DNA from: Stegostoma tigrinum
Lineage: Eukaryota
DNA length: 64,000 nt
Direction: 5' to 3'
Assembly: GCF_030684315.1 (NCBI RefSeq)
Contig: NC_081396.1
Location: 5,456,001 to 5,520,000 of the forward strand
Shown: positions 52,189 through 63,281 of the stretch, in pieces
Layout of the letters: each line of letters begins with the position of its first letter
Numbering within the stretch: position 1 is the stretch's first letter
Position numbers and translations under genes: made by a program
Notes under the pieces: model-generated
Databases searched by the model: none
The model's input: only the letters and a program-made list of their open reading frames with translations
What the model was told of the DNA's origin: nothing

Positions 52189-54038
52189 GTTATGGTTAAC
52201 ACTTTCCCCTTTTTATCATGGCACTGTTCTTCATTTTACCTTTGTGATCATTGTCATACATAAGTTTCTCCCGGCAATGGAGTTCCCACAGCATGAAAAT
52301 GGACACTTCCGTCTATTGTATCATAGCTCACCATCAAATAATATCTATTCGAATCCTCGTTTCTAGCACTTCGTCTGAGCCCTTGCGTGCGCTGTCGTTT
52401 CAAGTCCTCATCTCAATGTAAAAACTGAAAGAGGTGGAGATGCGAGAAATCAGGAGCAAAAACAGAAGTTGCTGGTAAAGATCAGCAAGTCTGGCAATAT
52501 CTGTGAAGAAAAACCGGAGTTGAAGTTTTGTGTCCAGTGCATTCTGAGGGATGGTCGCAGGACACGAATGTTAACTCCGACTTTTGTTCACACGTGCCGG
52601 CAGATTTGCTGAGCGTTTCTCTCTGTTTTCTGTCTCCAATGCGACCAAACCGACTGAATTTCTCCAGCGGTTTCAAGTTTTTTTTCAGATTCCACGTATT
52701 GAAGCAAACTGTGACGAAGTTGTCAAGATGGCCACTTGGGACTTTTTTAACGAACGCACCTTGGCCAAAAATGCCTGACAAGTACTTGCAACTGATGTTG
52801 ACAGCTGGATTTGTGGTCTCCATATGTATATTTTGGATAAGATGAGGCTCTCCATCGAAGAAACAAGAGGGAAGTTAATCTAGATCCTGTAACTAGGCAG
52901 TTCTCAACAAATAATCGAGGAAATCTTTTGTATGGCCTAGTTTTAGTCACAGTCACAAGTTCCTTATTTAGTCAGAACTAGAAAGAAAAGTCTGATCCTA
53001 TAGTATTCTGAGCTGGTTAGGCTATTGCAGAATTAGAAAGGCAAACAGCAAAGTACTGTGAAGGGTTTAGTTGCAACCCTTGAGCAAAAGGTTTGTCAAT
53101 TATAAAGAGTCCCAATACATTATTAGGAAACATAAAATAATAAAAGATGTAAACATGACCTCGAAAATAAAAATCATTGCCACTGGAGGGGGCAGGAGAA
53201 AGTTGTGAAAAGAGAGATCACGACTGCAGAATGAAAAGCAAAGGAAATTTCAGTGCACTAGCAGATAGTCTTATAACTTGTTACATGCCGAGATCAAGGG
53301 AAACGAGACAAGGACAGGTAACAAAATAAAAGGAATAACGTGTGATTGTCCTCTCGGTGTTTCTGGCATCTACACAGGTTTCATTCAATGGTTTGTTAAA
53401 GTGGTAAAGTTGTTGATTTTCACTCTTATCAGTAGGATTCGGAGGCATTTTTTAATGACAAAAAACATAATATGTACAGGAAAGTGTTTAGTTTTGAAAC
53501 AGTAAATATTTAGTTCAAAATGAAACTTTATTTTGAGTCCACTGGTAACATGGAAATAAAAAGGATCATAAACCACTGTTACATTTCAAAAGGACTGATA
53601 ATTGATCTCTCAAGTTTAAGGAGGAGAGGGATTGTCCTCAATTTTCCAGCTACCTCACCATAACTTTACCATAGAGTTGCTTTTAAACACTTGGGTATAA
53701 TTGGCTCAAGAAATTATTATCCTTCCTCATCTGCCATACTGAAATTAGTATCTAATTTGGAAGAGTTCCAAGATATTTTGTTTAAAAAAGGCCGCAATTT
53801 AGGCAAGTGAGAATATAGTGCAGGAAAGCTGGAAAATGTCACGGAAGGAGTAAAGCTGTCAGAAGCATACCAGTCACATGATGGAGGTGCCTGGAGTTGG
53901 TAAACAATGAGATCACTATTACATATAATTATTGTAACAAAAAGGTTATGGAAAGTTGTATCTTGCTGTGGAATTGAAAACGTAATTTTTATTTTATTTT
54001 CAATCTGAGCTGTTATTACGACAGCAGCTGGGGCCCAG

Positions 54039-54478
54039 GTGAAAACCAGATTCGTGATTGTCTCCAGTCTCTTCCATATTTGTGGTAATTTATCTCTGAA
54101 TGTAGATCTATTATGCTAAAGAACACGGGATTTAAGACGCTTATTTGATATTCTCCCCACAGCAGCATTTCCACGAGCAAAGACACAAATATTCAGGGTG
54201 CTGGATTGAGAAAAAAGAATGTCCTTGTATTTCCACAGCACTTTCATCACCACCTGAATCCAAAACTCCTCAGACCCAAAATAGTACTTTCCTAGCAGAT
54301 TCGGATTAAGCACACACAAATAGCAATATGCCTCGCTCCACAAATTTGCCCCGACATACAGAGTTTTCCCAGAATTTTCTGTTTGGAAATTAGAGTGGCA
54401 ATTCGCCGCTGTCCTGGGGAGTTGACAATGATTTCAGAATGCAGTGGTTCGAAATGAAGTTTGTATTGAACATGAAAT
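54039..54478 (+). pseudogene. Highly decayed V relic with leader, intron and RSS geometry
   Basis: 46-nt leader-like exon (GTG)KTRFVIVSSLFHIC-G with GTAATT, a 78-nt intron ending ccccacAG, and a 277-nt exon ending FSVWKLEWQFAAV. Then TGCAGTG-23-ACATGAAAT. Confidence 0.45.
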
Positions 54479-54689
54479 TTCCCAGTTTGGTCCTACGTGG
54501 TTCCCTCTGTTTAAATTATTCTGGGAAATTATAAAGGACCCATAAAGTCCCTGTCCTCCTGTGGAGGACCGTCAAAAAAAACTCTCAGGACGTTTTAAAT
54601 TCCAAAATAAGACGACTAGCAAACTTTGCTGCAGCACGTTCATATCCAAGAGAGACAATTCAGATACTTCAAGTGCAGTTTCAATAGAT

Positions 54690-54972
54690 ATGGTTAGATT
54701 AGATTCCCTACAGTGTGAAAACAGGCCCTTCGACCCAACAAGCCCACACCGCCCCTTGAAGCATCCCACCCAGACCAATCGCTTTATAACCCACACACCC
54801 CTGAACACTACGGGCAATTTAGCAAGACCAAGCCACCTCGTCTGCACATTTTTGGACGATGGGAGGAAACCGCAGCACCCACACTCCACACAGACAGTCG
54901 CCCGAGGCTGGAATTGAACCCAGGTCCCTGGCGCTGTGTGGCTGCAGTGCTAACCACTGTGCCACCGTGCCA
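54690..54972 (-). mobile_element. HE1/V-SINE-like tRNA-derived SINE
   Basis: Minus strand ggcacggtggcacagtggttagcactgc...gggacctgggttcaattcc, with tail aatctaatctaa. Confidence 0.85.
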
Positions 54973-55182
54973 CATTAACACTCCAGTTTTTAAAGTGCAA
55001 GGATTTGACCAACAATTCACATATTCTAATAAGCTTTGACGTTCTGTGTATGGGACAAAAACTCATTTCTTCGCCCCACCTGAGAATTCAGTGTGTTCAA
55101 GGCTAACAATCTGGGATGGCGGGATGCATTAACAAACTGAGGGCTTGCCTTTAAGACTGAACTGTTCTGGAAGTTTATTTAT

Positions 55183-55319
55183 NNNNNNNNNNNNNNNNNN
55201 NNNNNNNNNNNNNNNNNNNNNNNNNNNNNNNNNNNNNNNNNNNNNNNNNNNNNNNNNNNNNNNNNNNNNNNNNNNNNNNNNNNNNNNNNNNNNNNNNNNN
55301 NNNNNNNNNNNNNNNNNNN
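55183..55319. other. Assembly gap
   Basis: Run of N. Confidence 1.
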
Positions 55320-55474
55320 TGTCGGATATTTCCCACAGTGAGCTGTAAAAGATGAATGGATAACCATGTTCAAGATGATTAATAAGCAATGAGGGGAACA
55401 ATGTAGAGGGGAATCGAGAGAAATTTTGAGTTGAAAATATCTCTGATGATGTGTCTGAGAGGGTGGGTTTGGGT

Positions 55475-55508
<34 letters not shown>

Positions 55509-56212
55509 GCGAATGGTTTCAGATAGAGTCCAGTAGAAATCTGCACTGTGATGAGTTGCCAAGATTGCTCTTCTTGTGGAAATGTTGTGCATACTTAAAT
55601 AGTTATTCATGTCACATCTGAAGAAGTAGACAGCTCCAAATTACGAATCGAGGTTTCAGGATTAATGTGGGAACAGTACTCTTTTTAAGGAGACTGGTCA
55701 CAGTGTGGCATAAAGCTTTGGTTACAAAGCGGACAAATAGAATCCTTAAATCATTGGATGATGGAAATGAAGTTGAAATGCAAAGCGTCACCTGTTCATA
55801 GTTTTGTACCGGGAAGGGCAACATTGAGCAGTAACCTGTGAACTGTCATCTGTGTCGAGAATTTCCACCTTGCAAATACTTGTACTCGCCACTAGAGTGC
55901 AGTGTGAATCTGCGGCAAATGTTGACAGTGACAGCCAGAGAACGAATGACCTTCCAGACAGTTAAAAACAGTTGTCAGTGTGAAACACTTATTATGGAAA
56001 AACATAATGGGCCATATCTTCTTCTGTAACTTCAACAAGAAGTTAGAAGTGAGCAGAGCTTTGTTCTATATGTTCATTCTTATAAATTGAATACTTCCAT
56101 CAAGTTTCTCAACTGATATCGGCCACCAATTGTTTTCGCTGACTTTTCTTGCACTCTGATAATGTTCGAATTTGCAGAGTTCTGTTGCTGTTCTCCACTC
56201 TGATCTCCATAG

Positions 56213-56497
56213 ACATGACTGCAGAAATCGATGTGATGCAACTTTCTCCGAGGATGGTTATTAGTGAATTGGGAATGGTGTCCATGAATTGCTCCATTAC
56301 TGCTGCTACATTAACCACTGTGTATTGGTACAGACAGCTCCCAAATCAGCCAGCTGAGCATCTAGTGATGGCCAGAAGAGAAGGCAACCAGCCTACGAGG
56401 GTAAGCACTTCAATCAGTGGAGAATACAAAACCAGTACACTGACTGTGAGAGAGACCGGGATTGATGACACGGCCACCTACGTTTGTGCCAGTGAGA
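56213..56497 (+). CDS. TRAV/TRDV: TCR alpha/delta V exon of the short-CDR2 type. Open frame; leader unresolved.
   Basis: After ccatAG it reads DMTAEIDVMQLSPRMVISELGMVSMNCSITAATLTTVYWYRQLPNQPAEHLV...TSTLTVRETGIDDTATYVCASE, with C23, W41 and C104 present. No convincing separate leader exon was found upstream. Confidence 0.88.
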
Positions 56498-56536
56498 CAC
56501 AGTGTCACCAACAGAGGGAGTGTCCACACAAAAACC
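56498..56536 (+). other. 23-RSS, perfect consensus
   Basis: CACAGTG, 23-nt spacer, ACAAAAACC. Confidence 0.97.
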
Positions 56537-57094
56537 TGCAGAGTGGCAGTTGTGTATTGTTAATTTTGGCATAACAGTGTTACTAATTAAGGTTTCTAAA
56601 AACCACGTTTGTGGGGAATGTGGGTAAAATACAACAGAAAATATGAAGCATCAAAATTCAAAGATAGTCAGAAGTGAATAAAATTGGAGATGAGAATGGA
56701 GATGAAGGAACGGTATATTAGCAAACGAGAAACGCTTAAGGAAGAAATACAAAGTGGAGAATACACGAATACTACTTTCGGAGAGCAGAATGTGAAAAAC
56801 TATTGAAGGAGAAATGCATGAAAGTGAAAACCTACGATTGTGATGCACAGAAATTAAAGCTCTGTTTAAATCATAAATAAACGAAACATGAATAAGCTAG
56901 GAAAGACTTTCCTTAACATTGCTCATATGTCCATCATAGTTAAACGATTTAATCCTGTCAGTAACAATTCCTGAAAACTCATGGACTGATAAAGTCTCAC
57001 CCATAAATAATCATTTGTGGTGAACATTTCATGGTACTTCCACCAGCGGATGCAATACTCACCCTCAGTTAAACCGTTTACATCTTCCTCTTAA

Positions 57095-57520
57095 GATAAT
57101 AAAATGTGAGGCTGGATGAACACAGGAGGCCCAGCAGCATCTCAGGAGCACAAAAGCTGACGTTTCGGCCCTAGACTCTTCATCAGAGAGGGGGATGGGG
57201 TGAGGGTTCTGGAATAAATAGGGAGAGAGGGGGAGGCGGACCGAAGATGGAGAGAAAAGAAGATAGGTGGAGAGGAGAGTATAGGTGGGGAGGTAGGGAG
57301 GGGATAGGTCAGTCCAGGGAAGACGGACAGGTCAAGGAGGTGGGATGAGGTTAGTAGGTAGGAGATGGAGCCTTCACCCCATCCCCCTCTCTGATGAAGG
57401 GTCTAGGCCCGAAACGTCAGCTTTTGTGCTCCTGAGATGCTGCTGGGCCTGCTGTGTTCATCCAGCCTCACATTTTATCATCCTGGATTCTCCAGCATCT
57501 GCAGTTCCCATTATCACTGA
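57095..57520. mobile_element. Young Penelope-derived terminal repeat in inverted arrangement
   Basis: About 115-bp arms at 57095-57210 and 57368-57482 are near-perfect reverse complements. Confidence 0.8.
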
Positions 57521-58480
57521 TACATCTTCCTCTTGTCGACTCTTTGAGTCATCCTCAAGACTTGCCTTGCCACTTCTTTTTCTGTCATTTGTAAACTTGG
57601 CCATACCATGTTCGCGTTGGTCAGAATATGAATGTCTTGTTCATGTGTGTCTGCTCTCTCACCAGTCACTTTGATGGAAACTTTTAAACAATGTCTTTTA
57701 TTTTCTTTCAAAACAATCTGTTTTCCTTTTATTGGCGCTGCTGGCATTTATCTGTGATATTATGGCGGTGAGCAATCTTCTTGACACGCTGCAGGGCACC
57801 AGTTAATGAGATAGGAGTGACCTTTACAATGTCGCAAAAGCAACAATCAGTTCTACATTTTCATTTATTGAGAACTTGCTAGAGTATTTATTTATGTAGA
57901 AATAGTAGGAACTGCCGATGCTGGAGAATCTGAGATAACAAGCTGTAGAGGTGGATGAACGCAGCAGGCCAAACAGCATCAGAGGAGCAGAAAAGCTGAT
58001 GTTTCAGGTCTCGACCCTTATTCTGAAAATTTACCGAAATGTTCATGTCTCTGAATGAAACCATTTTCAGCTTCGACCAGCTCTACTCACGTTCACCGTG
58101 ATCTCTTTGCAAGCATGTCGCCAAGAGTTCTGTATTTATTCTTCACAGCTGTAGGTTTTCCAAATGGTAAGTTCGCACCTTGTGGAACTCGATACTTCAG
58201 CTGTTTGCAGGGATTGCATTTCAACGAGCAGCTCACCAAATGTAGAGGAAAGGATGCATTCTCCCCAATTTGAAATAATCGTCTGGACCCAGACTTGGCC
58301 CGACACCTAGCACTATGTGGGTGAAGTTCGCAAACTTCCACGTGTGAAAAACAGTGGTTTAGTTAAGCTGGGAATCCAAACAGGAAGGAGGACATTGAGA
58401 TGATTTCACGGAGAGGCAAGTTTTTAAACCAAGGGCTATTTGCAGATTTCCCTTCAAATCGCGGGAGATGAAATGGGAAA

Positions 58481-58515
58481 TGACCTCATTAGAAGGCGTG
58501 GCCTGTATATTAAAA
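58481..58515 (+). promoter_or_regulatory. Putative V-gene promoter (CRE-like, GC box, TATA)
   Basis: TGACCTCA at 58481, GGCGTGG at about 58495 and TATATTAAAA at 58506. The first downstream ATG is 58623. Confidence 0.5.
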
Positions 58516-58622
58516 ACTCTTTATTGAAGCCATCGAAGTCTTCCCTTACCAGCCGTTGAGTTGCATAAAATTTAGTTTAGTTTAATTTCATTGCCATATT
58601 TAGCAGGCTATTGTTCTCGGTG

Positions 58623-58993
58623 ATGGGCCAATTGTGGACGATAAGAATATGGGTTTTCTGCAATTTACTGTTCCTGCTGACTCTTCCTGGACAGTTTCGA
58701 GGAGATTCCATTTCACAGACAACAGCTAATATCAAAGTGAATGAGGGAGATGATGTCCAATTGTTCTGTAATTACACCACAACAGACAGTAATCCTTATT
58801 TGTTCTGGTACCGTCAGAGCCCCAGAGGATCCGTGGAGTATCTGCTACAGAGAAGCAAATATGCTGGGGGCACCCAGAAATTTCCAGGAGCCCGGCAGTC
58901 CTCGGAGTTGGATCATGTGAATCGTACTATCCGACTGATTGTACGTAGGACAGAACTGGTGGACTCCGCAGTGTATTACTGCGCTCTGAGACC
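58623..58993 (+). CDS. TRAV/TRDV: TCR alpha/delta V gene with the leader apparently in the same exon as the V domain
   Basis: One ORF: MGQLWTIRIWVFCNLLFLLTLPGQFRG-DSISQTTANIKVNEGDDVQLFCNYTTTDSNPYLFWYRQSPRGSVEYLL...RTELVDSAVYYCALRP. Canonical C, W and C residues; RSS follows. Confidence 0.93.
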
Positions 58994-59032
58994 CACTGCG
59001 ACTCTGCACTGGGCAGAACCTCTACAAAAACT
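58994..59032 (+). other. 23-RSS
   Basis: CACTGCG, 23-nt spacer, ACAAAAACT. Confidence 0.93.
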
Positions 59033-59329
59033 ATCAGAGCGACACTGACTGTGACAGTCGTCAAGCGAACAATATATCAAGGCGAGATCTGAAATAGCTC
59101 CGAATTTGCACTGATATCCGACACTTTTCACTTGAATGCATAGCTTAAAATTATAAATATAGTATTGATATAAACGTATTCCACCAGGTTAGCTAATGAA
59201 AACCAAATTATTTGTTTAAAAACTTTCATTATGTCCTAGCCTATTACACTACTATCTCATAGGGCTGCAAAATTTGGCGCCTGCAAACAGGGGAGGGTTG
59301 CACACTTGGGATGGTGCAGAAAAGGGAAC

Positions 59330-59920
59330 TAAACGAAAAAATTACTGAGCGGAAACAAGTACAGAGTAAAGCAAAACGGTGGGGGGGTGGTAAATGGGCA
59401 GGGGAAAGAACAGAGGGAGGTTGAGCAGAGAAGCAGGAACACGCAGGAGGGCGAATGGGCATCGGGGACAAAAATGGCCAGGAGGGGAGAAAAGGAAGAG
59501 GGGTGCAAGGTAGAGTGTATAAAAAAAATCCGATGGGAAAAAAGGGGCAGGGAAGGAAGGGCAGGGTGGAAAGGGAAGAAAGGACAGGAAGAAATAAAGA
59601 CAGATGGAGAGAAAAAAAGAAAGAAAAAGAGGCAGGTGCGTGCAAAAAAAGAGAGGCACCCAGAGAGAAGGGGCCAAAAAGAGCGAGGGACAGGGAGAGA
59701 AATGGTACGAAAAAGGGGCTAAAGCAGAAGCAGCCAGTGATGGACACAAACAAAGAGAGCAAGGGAGACAGAGAAAAGGAGTGGCTGCCAGTGAGAGAGA
59801 GAAGGAATGAAAAAAAGAGGGAAGGAGATACAATCATATAAAGAGAAAAATGCACAAAGAAAGAGAGAAAACGGGACAGTCTGAGAGAGCCATAGCGTGC
59901 AAGACAGAGAGAAAAGAGAG
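59330..59920 (+). repeat. Purine-rich (GA) low-complexity tract
   Basis: Read directly from the sequence; explains the spurious 128-203 aa ORFs here. Confidence 0.85.
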
Positions 59921-61071
59921 AACGTCGGTGCGAGTCAAACAGGAGTTAAGGAAAGGCATGGAGTTAATATTCGACACTGCAGTGGGACTCAGCTCACTTG
60001 ATGGTTTCTCATTCTCTTTCTCTCTGATCAAGGACAGTCCCTGCTGCCGTGGGGTTTTGTTCCATCTGGCTGTTTCAGGGAAGGGAGTGAAACTTGTGAA
60101 ACAAAACTGCTATTGAGATTCCAAGATTAGGCTCACATTCTCTCTCACACACACACAGAAAAATAAAAAACTCTGAATCATTACTCCTGGTATGTTCACG
60201 TGGCAAAAGAACATATGACTCCCAGGGCCTAATTTAAATCCCCTCACACCTGACAATCAAATCGCTCTCTCTGCCCAATGTCAGCTCATTCAGCCATCAG
60301 TCAGCTCTCGCAACCTGGAGCTCACCTACCGGAGGTATGGGGAAAAGCAGGAATGATTTTCGTGTAATTAGAGGGTGGAGGGAAGAAGGTAGTATGGCAG
60401 AAAGCAAAAGCTGACTAGTTTCGGTTAGACTGCTTCTGCGAGTCCCTACGCCACTGCACCTTTATAAGCACCCACCACCACCATCACCAGCGCACAGCAG
60501 TACAGGTCGAAGTTGAACGAATTGTTATTTTAACCTTATTACTCGTTCAGCAATAAACATTACAATTACCCATTCCTTGGATGGTTGATTAATAGTGGAG
60601 AATCTAATTGTGATTTTCTTCGTTGTTATTACGTAAACTAGATACTAATATTCCCCCATCTAGAGATAGAGGCACTGAGTTCGAAGTAAAAGAGCGACGA
60701 ACCATGGCAAAAAAGCAGGTTAGCTGGGAAAGAACTGCAAAGACCGGAGAGAGTCCTCAAGAAACTTTGATTGTTCAACAGCTGACCTCAGATTGGAGAC
60801 ATCAGCCAGTCATAGCATAAAGAATCTGCAGTCAACTTCTGTGGAAATAAAGGCTGTCTCTGATATGGGCTCAGTCACTGGTAAAATACCAGAAATGTAA
60901 ATACATTTTAGAACTGTGCTGATTATGACTAAACCAGAAAAAATATACTCCCCGCCTTCTATACTGATAATACCAGTTGTGCTATCCATTGAGAATTAAT
61001 CAAAATTATCCTGTGTTTCACCGGTCACATTTGTTCACATACCTTTGACACATTCTACTTACTTATTACAG

Positions 61072-61417
61072 AAGCAAATGGTCAAGATTCTTTTTCACAG
61101 GACCCACCTGGATGATTCATTCAGAAAGGAGAAACTGATGTATTAAGTTGCAGTTAAACGTCAAAATACAGTGTACCAAGTTCCTTCTGATACATCCAGT
61201 GCCCCAGGAAAGCTCTGAAATGTTTACTGAGGAGTTTCAACTCGGAACATGTTGATAAGTCTCCTCACTTCTCAGATCGGTTTCCTACTAATTTGGATGA
61301 AGAAGACAAAACGGTTCCTGCAAAAGTTAACTGTGCTCTTGTAGCTGACTTTGCTGTTGATTACTGTGCATTCAGTTTCACATGCAATTCGAGGCGCAAT
61401 CGGCCTTTACAAAAATA
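61072..61417 (+). pseudogene. TCR alpha/delta V pseudogene with a degenerate 23-RSS
   Basis: After ttacAG it reads EANGQDSFSQDPPG*FIQKGETDVLSCS*TSKYSVPSSF*YIQCPRKALKCLL...HFSDRFPTNLDEEDKTV...ADFAVDYCAFS, with three stops including W41. RSS CACATGC-23-ACAAAAATA at 61379-61417. Confidence 0.88.
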
Positions 61418-61989
61418 CGCAGGACACTCTCACCTCCTTTCCTTGAATCAGGTGCGTGATGTATATTGTTCATTGGTGCCATCATCAAAAACAGATAGAA
61501 GTAGGGCGTTCATTCTTTCGAGTCTGCTCCGCCATGTAATTTGACTGATCCTCTATCTCAATGCCATATTCCCACTTTCCCTTTTCAGCTTTTGATGTTT
61601 TTAATATCGGCAAATGTTAATCTCCAGATTGAATTTACTCAATGACCTGGCCACAACTGTGCAAAGACTGAATTGTCAAACGAATTTCATTCTGGGCTTT
61701 CGAATATGCCTCATTCGAAATGAAATATTCTCATTGTGATAATTGTTCATAATTACTGGGCAGATATTTTCTTAGAAGACTCTGGTACAGATACAATAGC
61801 ATTCAGAGTTATCATTCACTGAAACATTGAGGTCAACCTTGTTAAAGAGCCATAGATGAATTTATAAGCTTGTATACCAGGGAAACCCTGGCACTGTTCT
61901 TCACTTTACTTTACATGGATCGATAATAAAGTATCTAAAAGGATTTGTGAATAATGCAGGAAGTTGGACGTGAGGCATATCATCATTTT

Positions 61990-62440
61990 TTACCAGGATG
62001 TTGCCTGGTCTGGGGCGCAGCCCTTACAAAGAAAGGCTGAGGGACTTGGGTCTGTTCTCATTGGAGACAAGGAGGCTAAGAGGGGAATAAATAGAGACAT
62101 TCAAGATTATCAGAGCATTAGATAGGGTGGACAGTGAGAGTATTTTTCCGAGGATGATGACTTCAGCTTGTACAAGGGGGCATAGCGACAAATTGAGGGG
62201 TGATAGATTTAAGACAGATGTCAGAAGCAGGTTCTTTACTCAGAGAGTGGTAAGGGCGTGGAACACCCTGCCTGCCAATGTAGTTAACTCAGCCGCATTA
62301 GGGGCATTTAAACAGTCTTGGATAATCATATGGATAATGATGGGATAATGTATGGGGAGGGGCTTAGATTAGTTCACAGATCGGTGCAACATCGAGGGCC
62401 GAAGGGCCTGTCCTGCGCTGTATTGTTCTATGTTCTATCA
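61990..62440 (+). mobile_element. Relatively young CR1 3' end
   Basis: TRGHSDKLRGDRFKTDVRSRFFTQRVVRAWNTLP and tail ...gggcctgtcctgcgctgtattgttctatgttctat. Confidence 0.85.
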
Positions 62441-62731
62441 ATGATTTCGTTGAATACAGCGACTGGTTTGAAGGGCCAGGTGGCTTCCTCCAGCTTCAAT
62501 TCTGTGTTCTTGAGCACATATCTCTGACGCAACCGACTGGAGAACAAATAGGTTGTGAGCAGATTGGGTTTCTACGAGTAACCACTCAGAATAAACTAAT
62601 CAACGATGATCTTGGATATGACTCAACATCAGCTGAAATAACTCAGCTTCAGCTCCGTCTGTGGAAACACGTTGCCAACTTTCAGCTGAAACAATTTAGC
62701 TTTGTTCAAATCCACTATCTGTTCTCTAAAC

Positions 62732-63242
62732 ATGTCAGCTGTTACATTTTATGCATTAACCACAGCTGCAGTTCTCTTCACTGGTAAGTTCAATAACTCG
62801 CAAAACGTTGACTTGTACATGATATTTACGTAGTGATCTCACCTGGAAAATGTTTTCTTATCTCGATGACATTATTGAACAAAACGGTACTTTCAGACTC
62901 AGTTTGATTTTCGGTTTAATTTTCTGTAGATGTGAATTGTGCAGATTCGATCTCACAGGAACCAGCTACAGCAAAACAGCTTGAAGGACAGTCGGTGAAC
63001 ATTAATTTTATCTATTCGATCAAAACAGCTACTTCATCATATTCCTTACAATTGTACCGGCAAGACCTGGGTAAATCACCAACATTATTGCTCTACATCC
63101 TTCAATACGGAACAGTTTTCAGATCTGATGGCGTGGGAAAACGATTTACCACAGCTCTGGACACTTCAAAAAGTGAAGGGAGTTTCACCATTGGTGACCT
63201 ACGATTGTCTGACAACGCTGTGTATTATTGCGTGCTGAGAGA
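62732..63242 (+). CDS. TRAV/TRDV: TCR alpha/delta V gene, open frame but non-canonical (C23>F, W41>L). Leader 62732-62783; V exon 62930-63242.
   Basis: Leader MSAVTFYALTTAAVLFT-G with donor GTAAGT. After ctgtAG the V reads DVNCADSISQEPATAKQLEGQSVNINFIYSIKTATSSYSLQLYRQDLGKSPTLLL...FTIGDLRLSDNAVYYCVLRD. Confidence 0.9.
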
Positions 63243-63281
63243 CACGATAACAGGAACCAGAGGGAGCCTCGTGCAAAAACA
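63243..63281 (+). other. 23-RSS (variant)
   Basis: CACGATA, 23-nt spacer, GCAAAAACA. Confidence 0.85.

Noticed and set aside
52300-52370. Minus-strand EDSNRYYL resembling a V-end motif
   Set aside because: The nucleotides match the CR1 3' tail seen elsewhere in the window.
59244-59855. ORFs of 128-203 aa on both strands
   Set aside because: Products of a purine-rich low-complexity tract, with no domain signature.
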